Below are positions 9,434 to 19,396 of a stretch of DNA of 64,000 nucleotides, piece by piece. The DNA is from an uncultured Chlamydiae bacterium. GTDB lineage: Bacteria > Chlamydiota > Chlamydiia > Chlamydiales > SM23-39. Numbering within the stretch: the first letter of the stretch is position 1; every line of letters begins with the position of its first letter. The position numbers were made by a program, and so were the translations under genes. The notes under the pieces are model-generated. The model worked only from the letters and a program-made list of their open reading frames with translations, did not search any database and was not told the origin of the DNA. The stretch lies in the NCBI GenBank assembly GCA_963828125.1, contig CAWHDP010000001.1, forward strand, positions 160,001 through 224,000. Reading direction: 5' to 3'.

Positions 9434-10420
9434 ATGCTATCTATTGGAATTTTGGGGATCAATTACAAGACTGCGGACTTAACTCTCCGCGAGGCGATTG
9501 CCCGCGGCGCGCTTACTTTAAGCGGTGAGAAGGCCCTTTTTTTCCCCCATCCAACCGTTCTTCTCTCCACTTGCAATCGGACAGAGATTTATTTCAGCGC
9601 TGACGATTTGGCTGTAGCTCATAGCCATCTTCTCGCCCATTTGCGCTCCCATATCGAAAGCCCCTTCGAGCATCGGCTCTACTCCTATTTTGGGGTGGAG
9701 TGCTTCGCCCATCTTTGCAGGGTTGCGTCTGGGCTGGACAGTGCGATTTTAGCCGAGACTGAGATCCAAAGACAGGTAAAAGTGGCCTACGCGAGCGCCC
9801 GCCATTTGCCCTCCTCCCTCCATTTTGTCTTTCAAAAAGCGCTCAAAATTAGCAAAGAGCTCAGAAATCAATTGAATGTTCAAAGGGGGGCGCCGACTCT
9901 CTATGGAACCCTCTGGCGGCTAGCCAAGTGGCGGAGCGCAAAAATTCTTTTAGTCGGCTATTCAGAGATCAATCGGGGCCTGATCTCTTTTCTACAGCAC
10001 AAAAGGGTCGAAGGGATTGTGCTGTGTACACGGAATCCGTCTCAATTGCAGTTGAAAGGGATTGAAATCGTTGGGAGAGAGATACTTGCCCGCTGGCCAG
10101 ATTACGACGTTATTGTTTGCGCAAGCCAGGCTGAAGATTACTTAATCCGCGGTCAAGGCAGAGAAACGGTCATTTTCGATTTGAGCGTGCCGAGAAATGT
10201 CGATCCTGCGGTGGGCGCTTTGGTCTACAATATTGAACAGGTGCATAGACTCACCGAACAAAAAGGGTCTGCAGAGATCCTCGAATTATCCGAAGGCTAT
10301 ATTTGGGAAAGCGTCCACCAACAATCTCGCATTTATCAATCTAAAACTCAGCGTGGCCTGGAAAGCGGGGAAAGGGGATCACATCCCGAATATTTTCCAT
10401 GCCGGTCACAAATAATATGA
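9434..10420 (+). CDS. hemA: Glutamyl-tRNA reductase (short chlamydial type)
   Basis: [39 protein letters not shown]. Confidence 0.92.
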   Translation: MLSIGILGINYKTADLTLREAIARGALTLSGEKALFFPHPTVLLSTCNRTEIYFSADDLAVAHSHLLAHLRSHIESPFEHRLYSYFGVECFAHLCRVASGLDSAILAETEIQRQVKVAYASARHLPSSLHFVFQKALKISKELRNQLNVQRGAPTLYGTLWRLAKWRSAKILLVGYSEINRGLISFLQHKRVEGIVLCTRNPSQLQLKGIEIVGREILARWPDYDVIVCASQAEDYLIRGQGRETVIFDLSVPRNVDPAVGALVYNIEQVHRLTEQKGSAEILELSEGYIWESVHQQSRIYQSKTQRGLESGERGSHPEYFPCRSQII

Positions 10421-11699
10421 GTCTCTCCAAGCCCAATCCAAAGCCGGCATGAGGCACTGAACCATACTCGCGCAATTCTAAATACCACCAATAATCCTCC
10501 CGCTTTAACCCAAATTCATCGAGTTTCTTCTCCAGTCGATCCAACCTCTCTTCGCGCTGCGATCCGCCGATGATTTCGCCGATTTTCGGGACGAGGACGT
10601 CCATGGCGGCGACAGTCTTCCCATCGTGGTTGGCGCGCATGTAGAATGCTTTAATGCTGGCTGGGTAATCGGTGAGGATGACCGGTTTTTTGCAGTATTC
10701 TTCGGCAAGATACCTCTCGTGCTCCGATTGAAGGTCGGTGCCCCAATCGACGGGGAACTCAAATTGCTTGGGCGCTTTTTTAAGGATCTCGATCGCTTGA
10801 GTGTAGGGGATGTGGGCAAAAGGGGAGCTTACGACATGCTGAAGCCTGGCGAGGAGGCCGTTTTCAATGAATTTATCGAAAAATTCGAGGTCTTCTTTAC
10901 AGTGTTCTAGGACGTAATGGATACAGAATTTTAAGTACGATTCGGCGCATTCCATGTTGGTTTTGAGATCGGCAAAGGCCATCTCCGGCTCGATCATCCA
11001 AAATTCGGCGAGGTGGCGGGATGTGTGGGAATTCTCGGCGCGGAAAGTGGGGCCGAATGTATAGATATCGGAAAGGGCGCAGGCGAGGATTTCCCCTTCG
11101 AGCTGTCCTGAAACGGTGAGATAGGTCGATTTGCCAAAAAAATCTTTGGCCGGATCGGATTTTTCAAGGGTCGTGACGCGGAACATCTCGCCCCCTCCTT
11201 CACAGTCAGATCCGGTGATAATCGGCGTTTGGACGTACAAAAATCCCCGCTGATGAAAAAAAAGGTGAGTGGCGAAGGAAAGTGCGCTTCGGATCCGGAG
11301 GACGGCTCCTTGTGTATTGGTACGGGGGCGGAGGTGGGCAATGGTGCGGAGATATTCGAAGCTGTGCCGTTTTTTCTGGAGGGGATATTTCATCGGATCG
11401 CAGGCGCCAATGACGCGGATTTCGGCGGCTCTGAGCTCCACGGCTTGATTCTTGCCGGGACTTTCAACCAGCTCCCCAGAAGCAATGATTGAAGCGCCTG
11501 TGGCGAGGAGTTTGATCGCCTCTTCGTAGCCGGGAATAGTGGCGTCGGCAATCACTTGGAGATTGCCGAGAGTCGATCCGTCATTCACTTCGATAAAGGC
11601 GAACGATTTTTGGTCTCGGACGGTTCGTACCCACCCATGCACGATGGCAGAGGTGTTCGGTTGACTCTTCAAAATCTCTTTAATTTTTTTCTTCAGCAT
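10341..11699 (-). CDS. asnS: Asparagine--tRNA ligase
   Basis: [53 protein letters not shown]; likely start is ATG at 11699. Confidence 0.97.
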   Translation of the reverse strand: MLKKKIKEILKSQPNTSAIVHGWVRTVRDQKSFAFIEVNDGSTLGNLQVIADATIPGYEEAIKLLATGASIIASGELVESPGKNQAVELRAAEIRVIGACDPMKYPLQKKRHSFEYLRTIAHLRPRTNTQGAVLRIRSALSFATHLFFHQRGFLYVQTPIITGSDCEGGGEMFRVTTLEKSDPAKDFFGKSTYLTVSGQLEGEILACALSDIYTFGPTFRAENSHTSRHLAEFWMIEPEMAFADLKTNMECAESYLKFCIHYVLEHCKEDLEFFDKFIENGLLARLQHVVSSPFAHIPYTQAIEILKKAPKQFEFPVDWGTDLQSEHERYLAEEYCKKPVILTDYPASIKAFYMRANHDGKTVAAMDVLVPKIGEIIGGSQREERLDRLEKKLDEFGLKREDYWWYLELREYGSVPHAGFGLGLERLILFVTGMENIRDVIPFPRFPGHAEF

Positions 11700-12528
11700 A
11701 ATTCCGTAGGGTGGCGATTTCATTTTTCCAGCTCGGAGGGCCGCTCGGGGTCTCCAAGTATTTAGGGACGTCGATGTTTTGCATGACAAAGCGGAAAGAC
11801 TCCAGCCCGATTTTCCCCTGCCCGATATCGGCGTGCCGATCGACGCGCGAGCCAAAATCTTTAGCGGAATCGTTTAAGTGCATGGCGCTTAAGTACTTAA
11901 GCCCAATCCGGTCGTCAAACTCTTTGAGGGTCTTTTTCCATCCGTCCGGAGTCCGTATGTCGTAGCCGGCAACGAAAATATGACAGGTGTCGATGCAGAC
12001 GCCGATCGGGATTTTCCCACTCACTCTGGCGATGATGGCGCCGATCTGCTCAAAGCGGTGGCCGACGCTAGTCCCTTGACCTGCCGTGGTTTCCAAAACA
12101 ATTTTTGTTTCCCCTTGTCCGATCAGCTCTTCCATCTCGAATAGACTCTCTACAATCGTGTCGATGCACTGTTCCGGCGTGCCGGTAGTAGCGGAGCCGG
12201 GATGAAAATTCAAATAGGGGATCTGGAGGAGGTGACACCGTTCGAGTTCGCTTCGAAAGGCTTTGCGGCTTTTGATGAGCATTTCCAAATCGGGGGAGCC
12301 TAAATTGATCAGATAACTGTCATGGCTCATCACATCGGTGATCCCTGTTTCGGCAAGCGCTTTTTCCCACAGAGCCACCTCTTCCGAGAGGATCTGACGA
12401 CCGTTCCACTGTTTCTGATTGCTGGTAAACAGTTGAATGGCCGTTGCGCCGATCTCTCTCCCTTCATAGAGAGCATTTGAAACACCTCCAGCAGCAGAGG
12501 TGTGGGCTCCGAGCAAAATTTTCTTCAC
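11680..12528 (-). CDS. nfo: Endonuclease IV (AP endonuclease)
   Basis: [47 protein letters not shown]. Confidence 0.95.
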   Translation of the reverse strand: MKKILLGAHTSAAGGVSNALYEGREIGATAIQLFTSNQKQWNGRQILSEEVALWEKALAETGITDVMSHDSYLINLGSPDLEMLIKSRKAFRSELERCHLLQIPYLNFHPGSATTGTPEQCIDTIVESLFEMEELIGQGETKIVLETTAGQGTSVGHRFEQIGAIIARVSGKIPIGVCIDTCHIFVAGYDIRTPDGWKKTLKEFDDRIGLKYLSAMHLNDSAKDFGSRVDRHADIGQGKIGLESFRFVMQNIDVPKYLETPSGPPSWKNEIATLRNYAEEKN

Positions 12529-12541
12529 TGTATTCTTTGAT

Positions 12542-14008
12542 CTACAATTTGCCTGTGTGGGTTAAACGGATCTTACTGTGCTTGATGCTGTATGTGAAGT
12601 AAATCGCGAATCCGATCACTAACCACAGGATCATCTGCAGCCAGGTGACGGCAGGGAGGCAGAGCATTTGTCCAAAGCAGGAGAGGATGCCAAGGAGAGG
12701 CACCCAAGGGACGAACGGCACTTTAAAGGGTCTTTTAAATTCAGGGTGAGTATGCCGCAGGATCCAAACGCCAAGGCAGACGATCGCAAAAATGAAGAGG
12801 GTCATCATTGAGACGAGCTGGCCCAGGATTTCGACGGGAAAAATGCCGGCGAGGACGAGGGTCGCAAAGGCCGCGATGAGGCAAGAGGCGACGGGGGTCC
12901 GGGATTTTGAGTGGACTTTGGAAAAAATTTGGGGGAGAAGCCCGTCTTTGCCGATAGCGAGAAAGATGCGGGACTGGCCCAAAAGTTGGACGAGGATCAC
13001 CGATGCAAGGCCGGCAAGGATCGCTATTTTGACAATGGAGGCGACCCAGAAAAAAGAGGAGCCCATGGCGTCGAGGGCTACTGCGATCGGATCGGAGACG
13101 TTGAGAAGGGTATAACTCACGATTCCGGTTAGGGTCGCTGCTACGATGATGTAGGCGACTGTGCAAATGATGAGCGATCCGAGTATGCCTCGCGGGAGAT
13201 CTTTCTGGGGATTTTTTGCGTCTTGGGCCAGAGTCGATACGGTATCGAAGCCTATGTAGGCAAAGAAGACGAGACCTGCGGCTCTGACGATTCCTGACCA
13301 GCCAAAATCGCCGAAATGACCTGTGTTCTCGGGGATGAACGGGAACCAGTTCTCGGGCTGAATGTGGGGAATGCCAAGAATCAAAAAGAGGACGACGGTG
13401 CACAATTTGATGACGACCATAATGCTGTTGAAATGGGCGGCGGCTTTGATCCCAATCGAAATCATAATTCCGATAAAGAGAACCAAAAGCATCGCGGGGA
13501 GATCAAACAGAGAGCCGGTCGAGGACCAACCGTGGCCTATTTCATAGGCGAAGGGAGCCGACCCAATCCAATCGGGGACAAAAAGACCCCAATCTTTGAG
13601 AAAGCTCTTGAAGTATCCAGACCAACCGGCTGCGACAGTCGACGCCGAAAGGATATATTGCCCCGTAACCGCCCAGCCGATGATCCAAGCTGGCAGCTCT
13701 CCCATCGCGATGTAGGCGTAAGAGTAGGAGCCCCCCGCAATTGGGATCAGAGAGGAGAGCTCTGCATAGCAAAGACCGGCAAAGACGCAAATCACGGACG
13801 CTAGCACAAAGGAGAGGACGATGGCGGGGCCTGCGTATTCGGCAGAGGCTTTACCTGTGATCACGAAGATCCCTGCGCCGATGATGGCGCCGATCCCGAT
13901 CACGATGAGCTGAAACCAGCCCAAATGTCTTTTTAATCCTTGATGCTCTTCTTCGAGCTCTACAAAATTTGCCTTGAGCGGCTTGCGGAGAAATAATTTC
14001 TTAATCAT
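12542..14008 (-). CDS. APC-family amino acid permease
   Basis: GIGAIIGAGIF, CYAELSS, FFAYIGFD; about 12 TM helices. Confidence 0.92.
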   Translation of the reverse strand: MIKKLFLRKPLKANFVELEEEHQGLKRHLGWFQLIVIGIGAIIGAGIFVITGKASAEYAGPAIVLSFVLASVICVFAGLCYAELSSLIPIAGGSYSYAYIAMGELPAWIIGWAVTGQYILSASTVAAGWSGYFKSFLKDWGLFVPDWIGSAPFAYEIGHGWSSTGSLFDLPAMLLVLFIGIMISIGIKAAAHFNSIMVVIKLCTVVLFLILGIPHIQPENWFPFIPENTGHFGDFGWSGIVRAAGLVFFAYIGFDTVSTLAQDAKNPQKDLPRGILGSLIICTVAYIIVAATLTGIVSYTLLNVSDPIAVALDAMGSSFFWVASIVKIAILAGLASVILVQLLGQSRIFLAIGKDGLLPQIFSKVHSKSRTPVASCLIAAFATLVLAGIFPVEILGQLVSMMTLFIFAIVCLGVWILRHTHPEFKRPFKVPFVPWVPLLGILSCFGQMLCLPAVTWLQMILWLVIGFAIYFTYSIKHSKIRLTHTGKL

Positions 14009-14061
14009 AAACCCACGGAACCCTTTTCACAGAAAATATGTCCATATAAGTAAATCCATTC

Positions 14062-14682
14062 CTACGAAGTATGAGAGATAAACTCGCACACTAGGGGGAT
14101 GTTGATTGGTATGGGGAGGGAGATTTGGTCGAGTTGCGGAGAACTCAACAATCTGCCTGAAAATTTATCCCCTTCAAGGATGAGGTACTCGGGTACATCC
14201 CTGCCAATGTTCTCTTGTGCAGCCAAGATCGGCTTCATTTGACGCGAAGCGGGGCGGATCGAGACGACCATTCCTGGCCTTACGAGGAATGAGCGGCGAT
14301 CCACTTTTTTCCCATCGACCTGAATATGGCCGTGAGAGACGAGCTGTTGGGCGCCGAAGATCGATGAGGAGAAGCGGAGGCGATAGACGACGTTGTCTAA
14401 GCGGCACTCGAGCTGCTCGATGAATAAGGTCGCAGTATGCCCTTTGCGCTCCAAAGCTTTTTTGTAGGCGTTGACGAGCTGCTTTTGGCTGATCATGCCG
14501 TAGACGGCCTTCAGCTTTTGACGCTCTTCGAGTTGGAGCCCAAAGTCCGATTTTTTCTTCCGCTTCGCGCCATGCATCCCGGGAGGATGCTGTTTGTGAA
14601 GCATTGGATTGCGGGCTTTGCCAAAGATATTGGCGGCAAATTTACGGGCGATGCGGTTTTTAGGTCCTCTATAACGAGCCAT
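14062..14682 (-). CDS. rpsD: 30S ribosomal protein S4
   Basis: MARYRGPK, PPGMHG, LECRLDNVVYR, QLVSHGHI. Confidence 0.98.
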   Translation of the reverse strand: MARYRGPKNRIARKFAANIFGKARNPMLHKQHPPGMHGAKRKKKSDFGLQLEERQKLKAVYGMISQKQLVNAYKKALERKGHTATLFIEQLECRLDNVVYRLRFSSSIFGAQQLVSHGHIQVDGKKVDRRSFLVRPGMVVSIRPASRQMKPILAAQENIGRDVPEYLILEGDKFSGRLLSSPQLDQISLPIPINIPLVCEFISHTS

Positions 14683-14783
14683 TAGGTTCTCCGAAAAGTA
14701 TTCGATTTAAAGCATGAGAGTGTAACCGAGGGGGAAATTTTTGGCAAATTCAATTGCCAAAATTTTGTCGGATGAGCTAAATT

Positions 14784-15749
14784 GTGAGCCTTATGGAATA
14801 TAAAGTTTTAGCTTACTACAGGATTGGATCCTTGGATGACCCCCAGGCGGAGGTGGCTCGTCATAAGGAATTTTTGAGTCGACTTGATTTCAAGTGCCGG
14901 ATTTATATTTCCGAACAGGGGATCAACGGCCAAGCGAGCGGACGGGCTGATCATGCTGATGAGTATATGGCTTGGATGCGCTCCGATGAGCGGTTTAAAG
15001 AAATGCCTTTTAAGGTACACAGGGCCGAGGAGCATGTTTTTCCTAAAATGACGGTGAAGTATCGGAAGCAATTGGTCGCGCTCGATTGCGAGGTCGATTT
15101 TTCGCTTGCGGGCGAACATATTTCTCCTGAGGAGTGGAAAAAAAGGATGGCGGAGAGGGACAAAGATACGTTGATTCTCGATGTAAGAAATGACTACGAA
15201 TGGAAGATCGGTAGATTTGAAGGGTCTGAGCTTCCTCCCTTGGAGACGTTCCGCGAATTTCCCGCTTATGCAAAAAAATTGAAGGAGGAGCGGGATCCCA
15301 AGACGACCTCCGTCATGATGTATTGTACGGGGGGCATTCGGTGCGAATTTTTTTCGGCTCTGATGAAGAAGGAGGGGTTTGAAAAGGTGGTTCAGCTCGA
15401 TGGGGGCGTGATTCATTACGGTTTGAAAGAGGGGAGCGATCACTGGGAGGGGAAGCTTTTTGTCTTCGACGACCGGCTGGCTGTGCCGATGGGAGAGAAA
15501 GTGGGGCCGATCAGCGATTGCGTCCACTGCGGAAAGCCGAATGACGTCTACTATAATTGTGCTAATATGGATTGCAATGAACTGTTTTTATGCTGCCCTG
15601 ATTGTCTGAAGATGCACCAAGGGTGTTGCTCGTCCGATTGCAGTCAGCAGGAGAGAATTCGTCCCTATCAAGAGAGCGCGAGGCCGTTTAGAAAGTGGGG
15701 CTATGAAGAGAAATTAGCTTGGAAAAATGGATCTCCATTACACAATTGA
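14784..15749 (+). CDS. trhO: Rhodanese-domain tRNA uridine(34) hydroxylase (UPF0176/YceA)
   Basis: QGINGQ, LDVRNDYE, MYCTGGIRCE, GKLFVFDDR, C-terminal Cys cluster. Confidence 0.9.
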   Translation: MSLMEYKVLAYYRIGSLDDPQAEVARHKEFLSRLDFKCRIYISEQGINGQASGRADHADEYMAWMRSDERFKEMPFKVHRAEEHVFPKMTVKYRKQLVALDCEVDFSLAGEHISPEEWKKRMAERDKDTLILDVRNDYEWKIGRFEGSELPPLETFREFPAYAKKLKEERDPKTTSVMMYCTGGIRCEFFSALMKKEGFEKVVQLDGGVIHYGLKEGSDHWEGKLFVFDDRLAVPMGEKVGPISDCVHCGKPNDVYYNCANMDCNELFLCCPDCLKMHQGCCSSDCSQQERIRPYQESARPFRKWGYEEKLAWKNGSPLHN

Positions 15750-17778
15750 GAGGAAGGGGAATTCTCTCCTCGTCCGGATAAAGGAGCAGGGGAGCTCAAG
15801 GCGTCTTTACCTCGACACCCTAAAAGCTGCCGCAAGAGAGCGGGATCGCGAGGCGCTTTCTCTGCTCATTAAAATTCATCTACAGACTACTCGTCATTCG
15901 GATACTTTGACTTTTGATCGGATCGAGGTGCCTCCGCACCATGTGGCCGAAGCGCTCCGCTTGATGCGGGCTACTGGAAGGATGTTCGGCGAAAAGCTGG
16001 CTCCTGAGGAAAAACCGCTCGCCGTGCTGCCCCGCTTGGTATTAAGGGACAAAAATGGTTGTTTTGCCGATCTTTGGATGCATTATGGAATCGGCGTACT
16101 CGAATTTCACGATTTTGCTCCGACCATTCAGGGGCGAGTGCGGCTGAAGAAGGAAGAGGCGCAATGGGAAAAAGATCTCCTTGAGTCGGGCTATACGAAA
16201 AAAATCGTCGGCGATTCTCAGTATTACTGTCCCAAGGAGCGGGTGAGGGAGTCCCTCTCCCTTCTGTTGGACGTGGGGTGGGAAATTTTAGGGCCTGAGG
16301 GGCAAGCGATTCAGAAAGGGATCGATGTGCGGGAAGAAAAGGGGCGCATTGCCATTCGCGGGGCGATCCGAGGTCTGATCGATAGCAAGCTGCAGATGGA
16401 GGGGGTTTGGGAAGGGGAGACGCTCTACTTAAAAAGAGGTCAGATGGGGGCCGCTTTGACGCTTTTGGGCGATCCCGCAGTTTGTTGGGAGGAGTCGCTT
16501 CGCCGTTTGGTTGAGGGGCTCAAACAGAGTCCGTTTTTGCAAACGGCTCCCCCCGCTCCGTCGTTTCGGGGGGAGCTCCTCCCCTATCAGCAAAAGGGGG
16601 TCGACTGGCTCCAGTTTCTTTATGATTGGGGCTTCTCTGGTCTCTTGGCCGATGAAATGGGGCTTGGCAAAACGGTCCAGGTTCTGGCATTTCTTTCCCG
16701 TCTCGGGACAAAATTGCCGGTGTTAATCGTCGCGCCGACCACGCTCCTCTTTAATTGGCGGGCTGAAATCGATCGGTTCCTCCCAGGTCAGGATCACTTC
16801 GTCTTGATTTCGTATACAGCGCTGAGGCTGAATGAGTCGCTCTATGCGAAGAGCGAATTCGGGGCGATTATCCTCGATGAATCGAACGCGATTAAAACGG
16901 CCGCAACCCAAACAGCGAGAGCGGCTTTTCAACTCAGAGGCCGTTTTAAAGTTTGTTTAAGCGGCACACCTATGGAAAACAGGCCTGATGAGCTGTGGTC
17001 CCAATTCCATTTTTTGATGCCAGGCTTGATAGAGAGGGGGATCGAAACATTGAAAAGCCAAGTCCGTCCGTTCATTTTGCGGAGGAGAAAAGAAGACGTG
17101 CAACTCGATCTGCCGGAAAAAATTGAGCAGATCACTTGGATCGACATGGAAGAAGAGCAACGGGAGCTCTATGAGTCGTATCGGAGAGGGATTCGAACCG
17201 ACGGGGCGAGCCAAATGGAAATTTTAGAGGCGATTTTACGGCTTCGGCAAATCAGCTGCGATCCTCGCCTTGTGGGGAGCGAAATCGTTGGAGCTAAGAC
17301 GCAGCGAGTTGTGGCAGATATTCGGGAGGCGCTTGAAGAGAAGAGGAAAATCCTTGTCTATAGCCAATTTACGTCGATGCTCCAACTGATTCAATGCGAG
17401 TTTCCTGAAGCGCTCTATCTCGATGGATCGGTCAGCAGCTCCAAACGGGGCGAATTAGTGCGGTTGTTTCAAGAAGATCCAGCGCAACGTCTTTTCCTAT
17501 TGAGTCTCAAGGCGGGAGGCGTTGGGCTAAACTTGACGGCGGCCGACTATGTACTCATGATCGACCCCTGGTGGAATGAGGCGGTTGAGCGGCAAGCGAT
17601 CGATCGGGCCCATCGGATCGGTCAAAAGAGAACCGTGATGGCTAAACGGTACTTAAGCCTTCATACGGTCGAGGAGAAGATGCTGCAGCTCAAGGACAGA
17701 AAACAGCAGGCAGCCGATCAACTCCTCGATTTTGAAGGGGGGGTCAGTCAGGAAGATCTATTCGCCCTACTGAGTTGA
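15727..17778 (+). CDS. SNF2-family helicase/ATPase
   Basis: LLADEMGLGKT, ILDES, SGTPMEN, LSLKAGGVGLNLT, DPWWN, QAIDRAHRIGQ. Confidence 0.93.
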   Translation: MDLHYTIERKGNSLLVRIKEQGSSRRLYLDTLKAAARERDREALSLLIKIHLQTTRHSDTLTFDRIEVPPHHVAEALRLMRATGRMFGEKLAPEEKPLAVLPRLVLRDKNGCFADLWMHYGIGVLEFHDFAPTIQGRVRLKKEEAQWEKDLLESGYTKKIVGDSQYYCPKERVRESLSLLLDVGWEILGPEGQAIQKGIDVREEKGRIAIRGAIRGLIDSKLQMEGVWEGETLYLKRGQMGAALTLLGDPAVCWEESLRRLVEGLKQSPFLQTAPPAPSFRGELLPYQQKGVDWLQFLYDWGFSGLLADEMGLGKTVQVLAFLSRLGTKLPVLIVAPTTLLFNWRAEIDRFLPGQDHFVLISYTALRLNESLYAKSEFGAIILDESNAIKTAATQTARAAFQLRGRFKVCLSGTPMENRPDELWSQFHFLMPGLIERGIETLKSQVRPFILRRRKEDVQLDLPEKIEQITWIDMEEEQRELYESYRRGIRTDGASQMEILEAILRLRQISCDPRLVGSEIVGAKTQRVVADIREALEEKRKILVYSQFTSMLQLIQCEFPEALYLDGSVSSSKRGELVRLFQEDPAQRLFLLSLKAGGVGLNLTAADYVLMIDPWWNEAVERQAIDRAHRIGQKRTVMAKRYLSLHTVEEKMLQLKDRKQQAADQLLDFEGGVSQEDLFALLS

Positions 17779-17976
17779 GTCCCAGTCCTTTTCAGTCTTT
17801 ACCTTTTTTTTGAGATCTGTTTCCAGCATCTCTAAAGCTGCGGCCTTTAAGGTTTTTAGTCCTTCGGCAAAGCCGAGAGCCCGCGCTAAGTGTTCCAGGT
17901 AATGCAGTTCAGCGGCCAGTTGGTCGTTCATAGATTCCAATTTCGCGATTTTTTTTAGGAAGTCTTTGTTTTTCAT
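17767..17976 (-). CDS. Small hypothetical coiled-coil protein
   Basis: MKNKDFLKKIAKLESMNDQLAAELHYL...GFAEGLKTLK; GGAG RBS before ATG at 17976. Confidence 0.7.
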   Translation of the reverse strand: MKNKDFLKKIAKLESMNDQLAAELHYLEHLARALGFAEGLKTLKAAALEMLETDLKKKVKTEKDWDSTQ

Positions 17977-18116
17977 ACTCCACCCTCTCTTTCGTATGAA
18001 AGATAGATGCAAAACCCGTGCCACCGATTTCGGTGGGCCCTCTTTGCGTAAAAAAGTCTTGATCCAAAATGGGGGAGCTGACAAGGTTGAGGTGTTCTTA
18101 ACCCAGGGGTTTACCA

Positions 18117-18344
18117 ATGCAAAAAAAGTTGATTGTTATCACATGTTTAAGTCTGCTCGCCTGTTCTTGCGCTCAGCACCAGATGGATACGAAAAAAATG
18201 GATCAAAACGATCAAGATCAGTCGAAACCGATGCAGCCAGAGAAAACAACATCAGAGAGCTGCTGTGGAGCCGCAAAAGCAACTGCGCCGCAGAGCCAGA
18301 CTGCAGCGACTCCCGAAGTCAAAGTGGACAAAGCTTCACAGTAA
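18117..18344 (+). CDS. Small putative lipoprotein
   Basis: Basic then hydrophobic signal ending LACSC (lipobox-like); followed by a hairpin. Confidence 0.65.
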   Translation: MQKKLIVITCLSLLACSCAQHQMDTKKMDQNDQDQSKPMQPEKTTSESCCGAAKATAPQSQTAATPEVKVDKASQ

Positions 18345-18350
18345 AAATAC

Positions 18351-18371
18351 AAGGCAGGCTCTGCCTGCCTT
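18351..18371. terminator. Bidirectional hairpin terminator between convergent genes
   Basis: AAGGCAGGC-TCT-GCCTGCCTT. Confidence 0.6.
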
Positions 18372-18372
18372 T

Positions 18373-19356
18373 CTATCGTAATTTCTGTTCGTGGAATTCG
18401 GAGAGAATTTCATCCCGCTCCTCTAGGACTTTAAACCGCTCCGCATTCACCGATTGTCCTTTAAAAAACCACTCTGTATCGGAGGATTCTTCAGTATAGA
18501 TTTTGCTGGCGCCATGTTTTTTATCATTGCGCCATTGGATTTCAGCGGTGAGATTGCCCAGATCATCATAGTGGCGTTCGACTCCGTGCTTCTCTCCGTA
18601 GATGTAGGGGATGACAGCTATTTTAGAACCGTTGCGATAGACAGTTTTCAATCCGTCGAGGACGCCCTGGTTCCAGTTGAGTTCCATCAGAAGACGTCCG
18701 GACGCTGTATACTTTGTCTGAGGGCCGTGCAGCAGATCGTTTTCGTAGTGCGAGACGGTATGAATCTCTCCATTCGGATGGTAGGTGGTGCGGGCTGCCA
18801 TGATCCCATTTTCAATCGCATCGCGAGAGATGAGAAGGCCGTTCCGATCTCGCTTGACCCGCTCGCCCATCCCTGCTACGACGCTTGCCTCTAATTCGTG
18901 CTCAGGGGTGAAGTATTTGGCCTCAACGAGAATGGCGCCGTCATACTCTTCGATGCTCAAAGGAACCCCTTTGCTGTCCCACAAAGTGGCGGCCCTTCTG
19001 TTGTCGAATTCATAGAGCTCTTCGCGAATCGGCATGCCAGCTGCATCGTTCCATTGTTCTTTGAGAAGCGTTCCCTGATCATAGACGAGCGCTCTCTCCA
19101 CAATCAAACTATGAGGGAATGTGTAAGAGGTAAGTCCGTGAAGCTGCCCATTTTCGTATGAACGGGTCACCTTGACTCCGTTTTTCAGCATGGAGACCAC
19201 CTGGCCGTCGCTGGCCCGCTCCTCCCACTCCTTCGCAGAGGTTTCGAAACCGTATTTGTGGACGAACGTTTGCGAGACCACTTGGTCGACAGAGTTGCTT
19301 GTTTGACAGGACGTGAACAGGACACATCCAGATAAAAATAAAGGAATGCGCTTCAT
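18373..19356 (-). CDS. MORN-variant repeat (YwqK-like) lipoprotein
   Basis: Lipobox LFTSC; repeated YENGQLHG, YHPNGE, WNQGVLDG, WRNDKKHG. Confidence 0.8.
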   Translation of the reverse strand: MKRIPLFLSGCVLFTSCQTSNSVDQVVSQTFVHKYGFETSAKEWEERASDGQVVSMLKNGVKVTRSYENGQLHGLTSYTFPHSLIVERALVYDQGTLLKEQWNDAAGMPIREELYEFDNRRAATLWDSKGVPLSIEEYDGAILVEAKYFTPEHELEASVVAGMGERVKRDRNGLLISRDAIENGIMAARTTYHPNGEIHTVSHYENDLLHGPQTKYTASGRLLMELNWNQGVLDGLKTVYRNGSKIAVIPYIYGEKHGVERHYDDLGNLTAEIQWRNDKKHGASKIYTEESSDTEWFFKGQSVNAERFKVLEERDEILSEFHEQKLR

Positions 19357-19396
19357 AAAGAACCTCGCTATACGGAAGATGCTATACTGGGGCTGT

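Noticed and set aside
10341..10420. 80-bp convergent overlap of hemA and asnS as a regulatory feature
   Set aside because: The hemA tail is non-conserved run-on sequence, and such overlaps are common in compact genomes.
18373..19356. Toxin-antitoxin system suggested by the YwqK-like repeats
   Set aside because: No neighbouring toxin gene; the protein has a lipoprotein signal and lies directly downstream of pheT.
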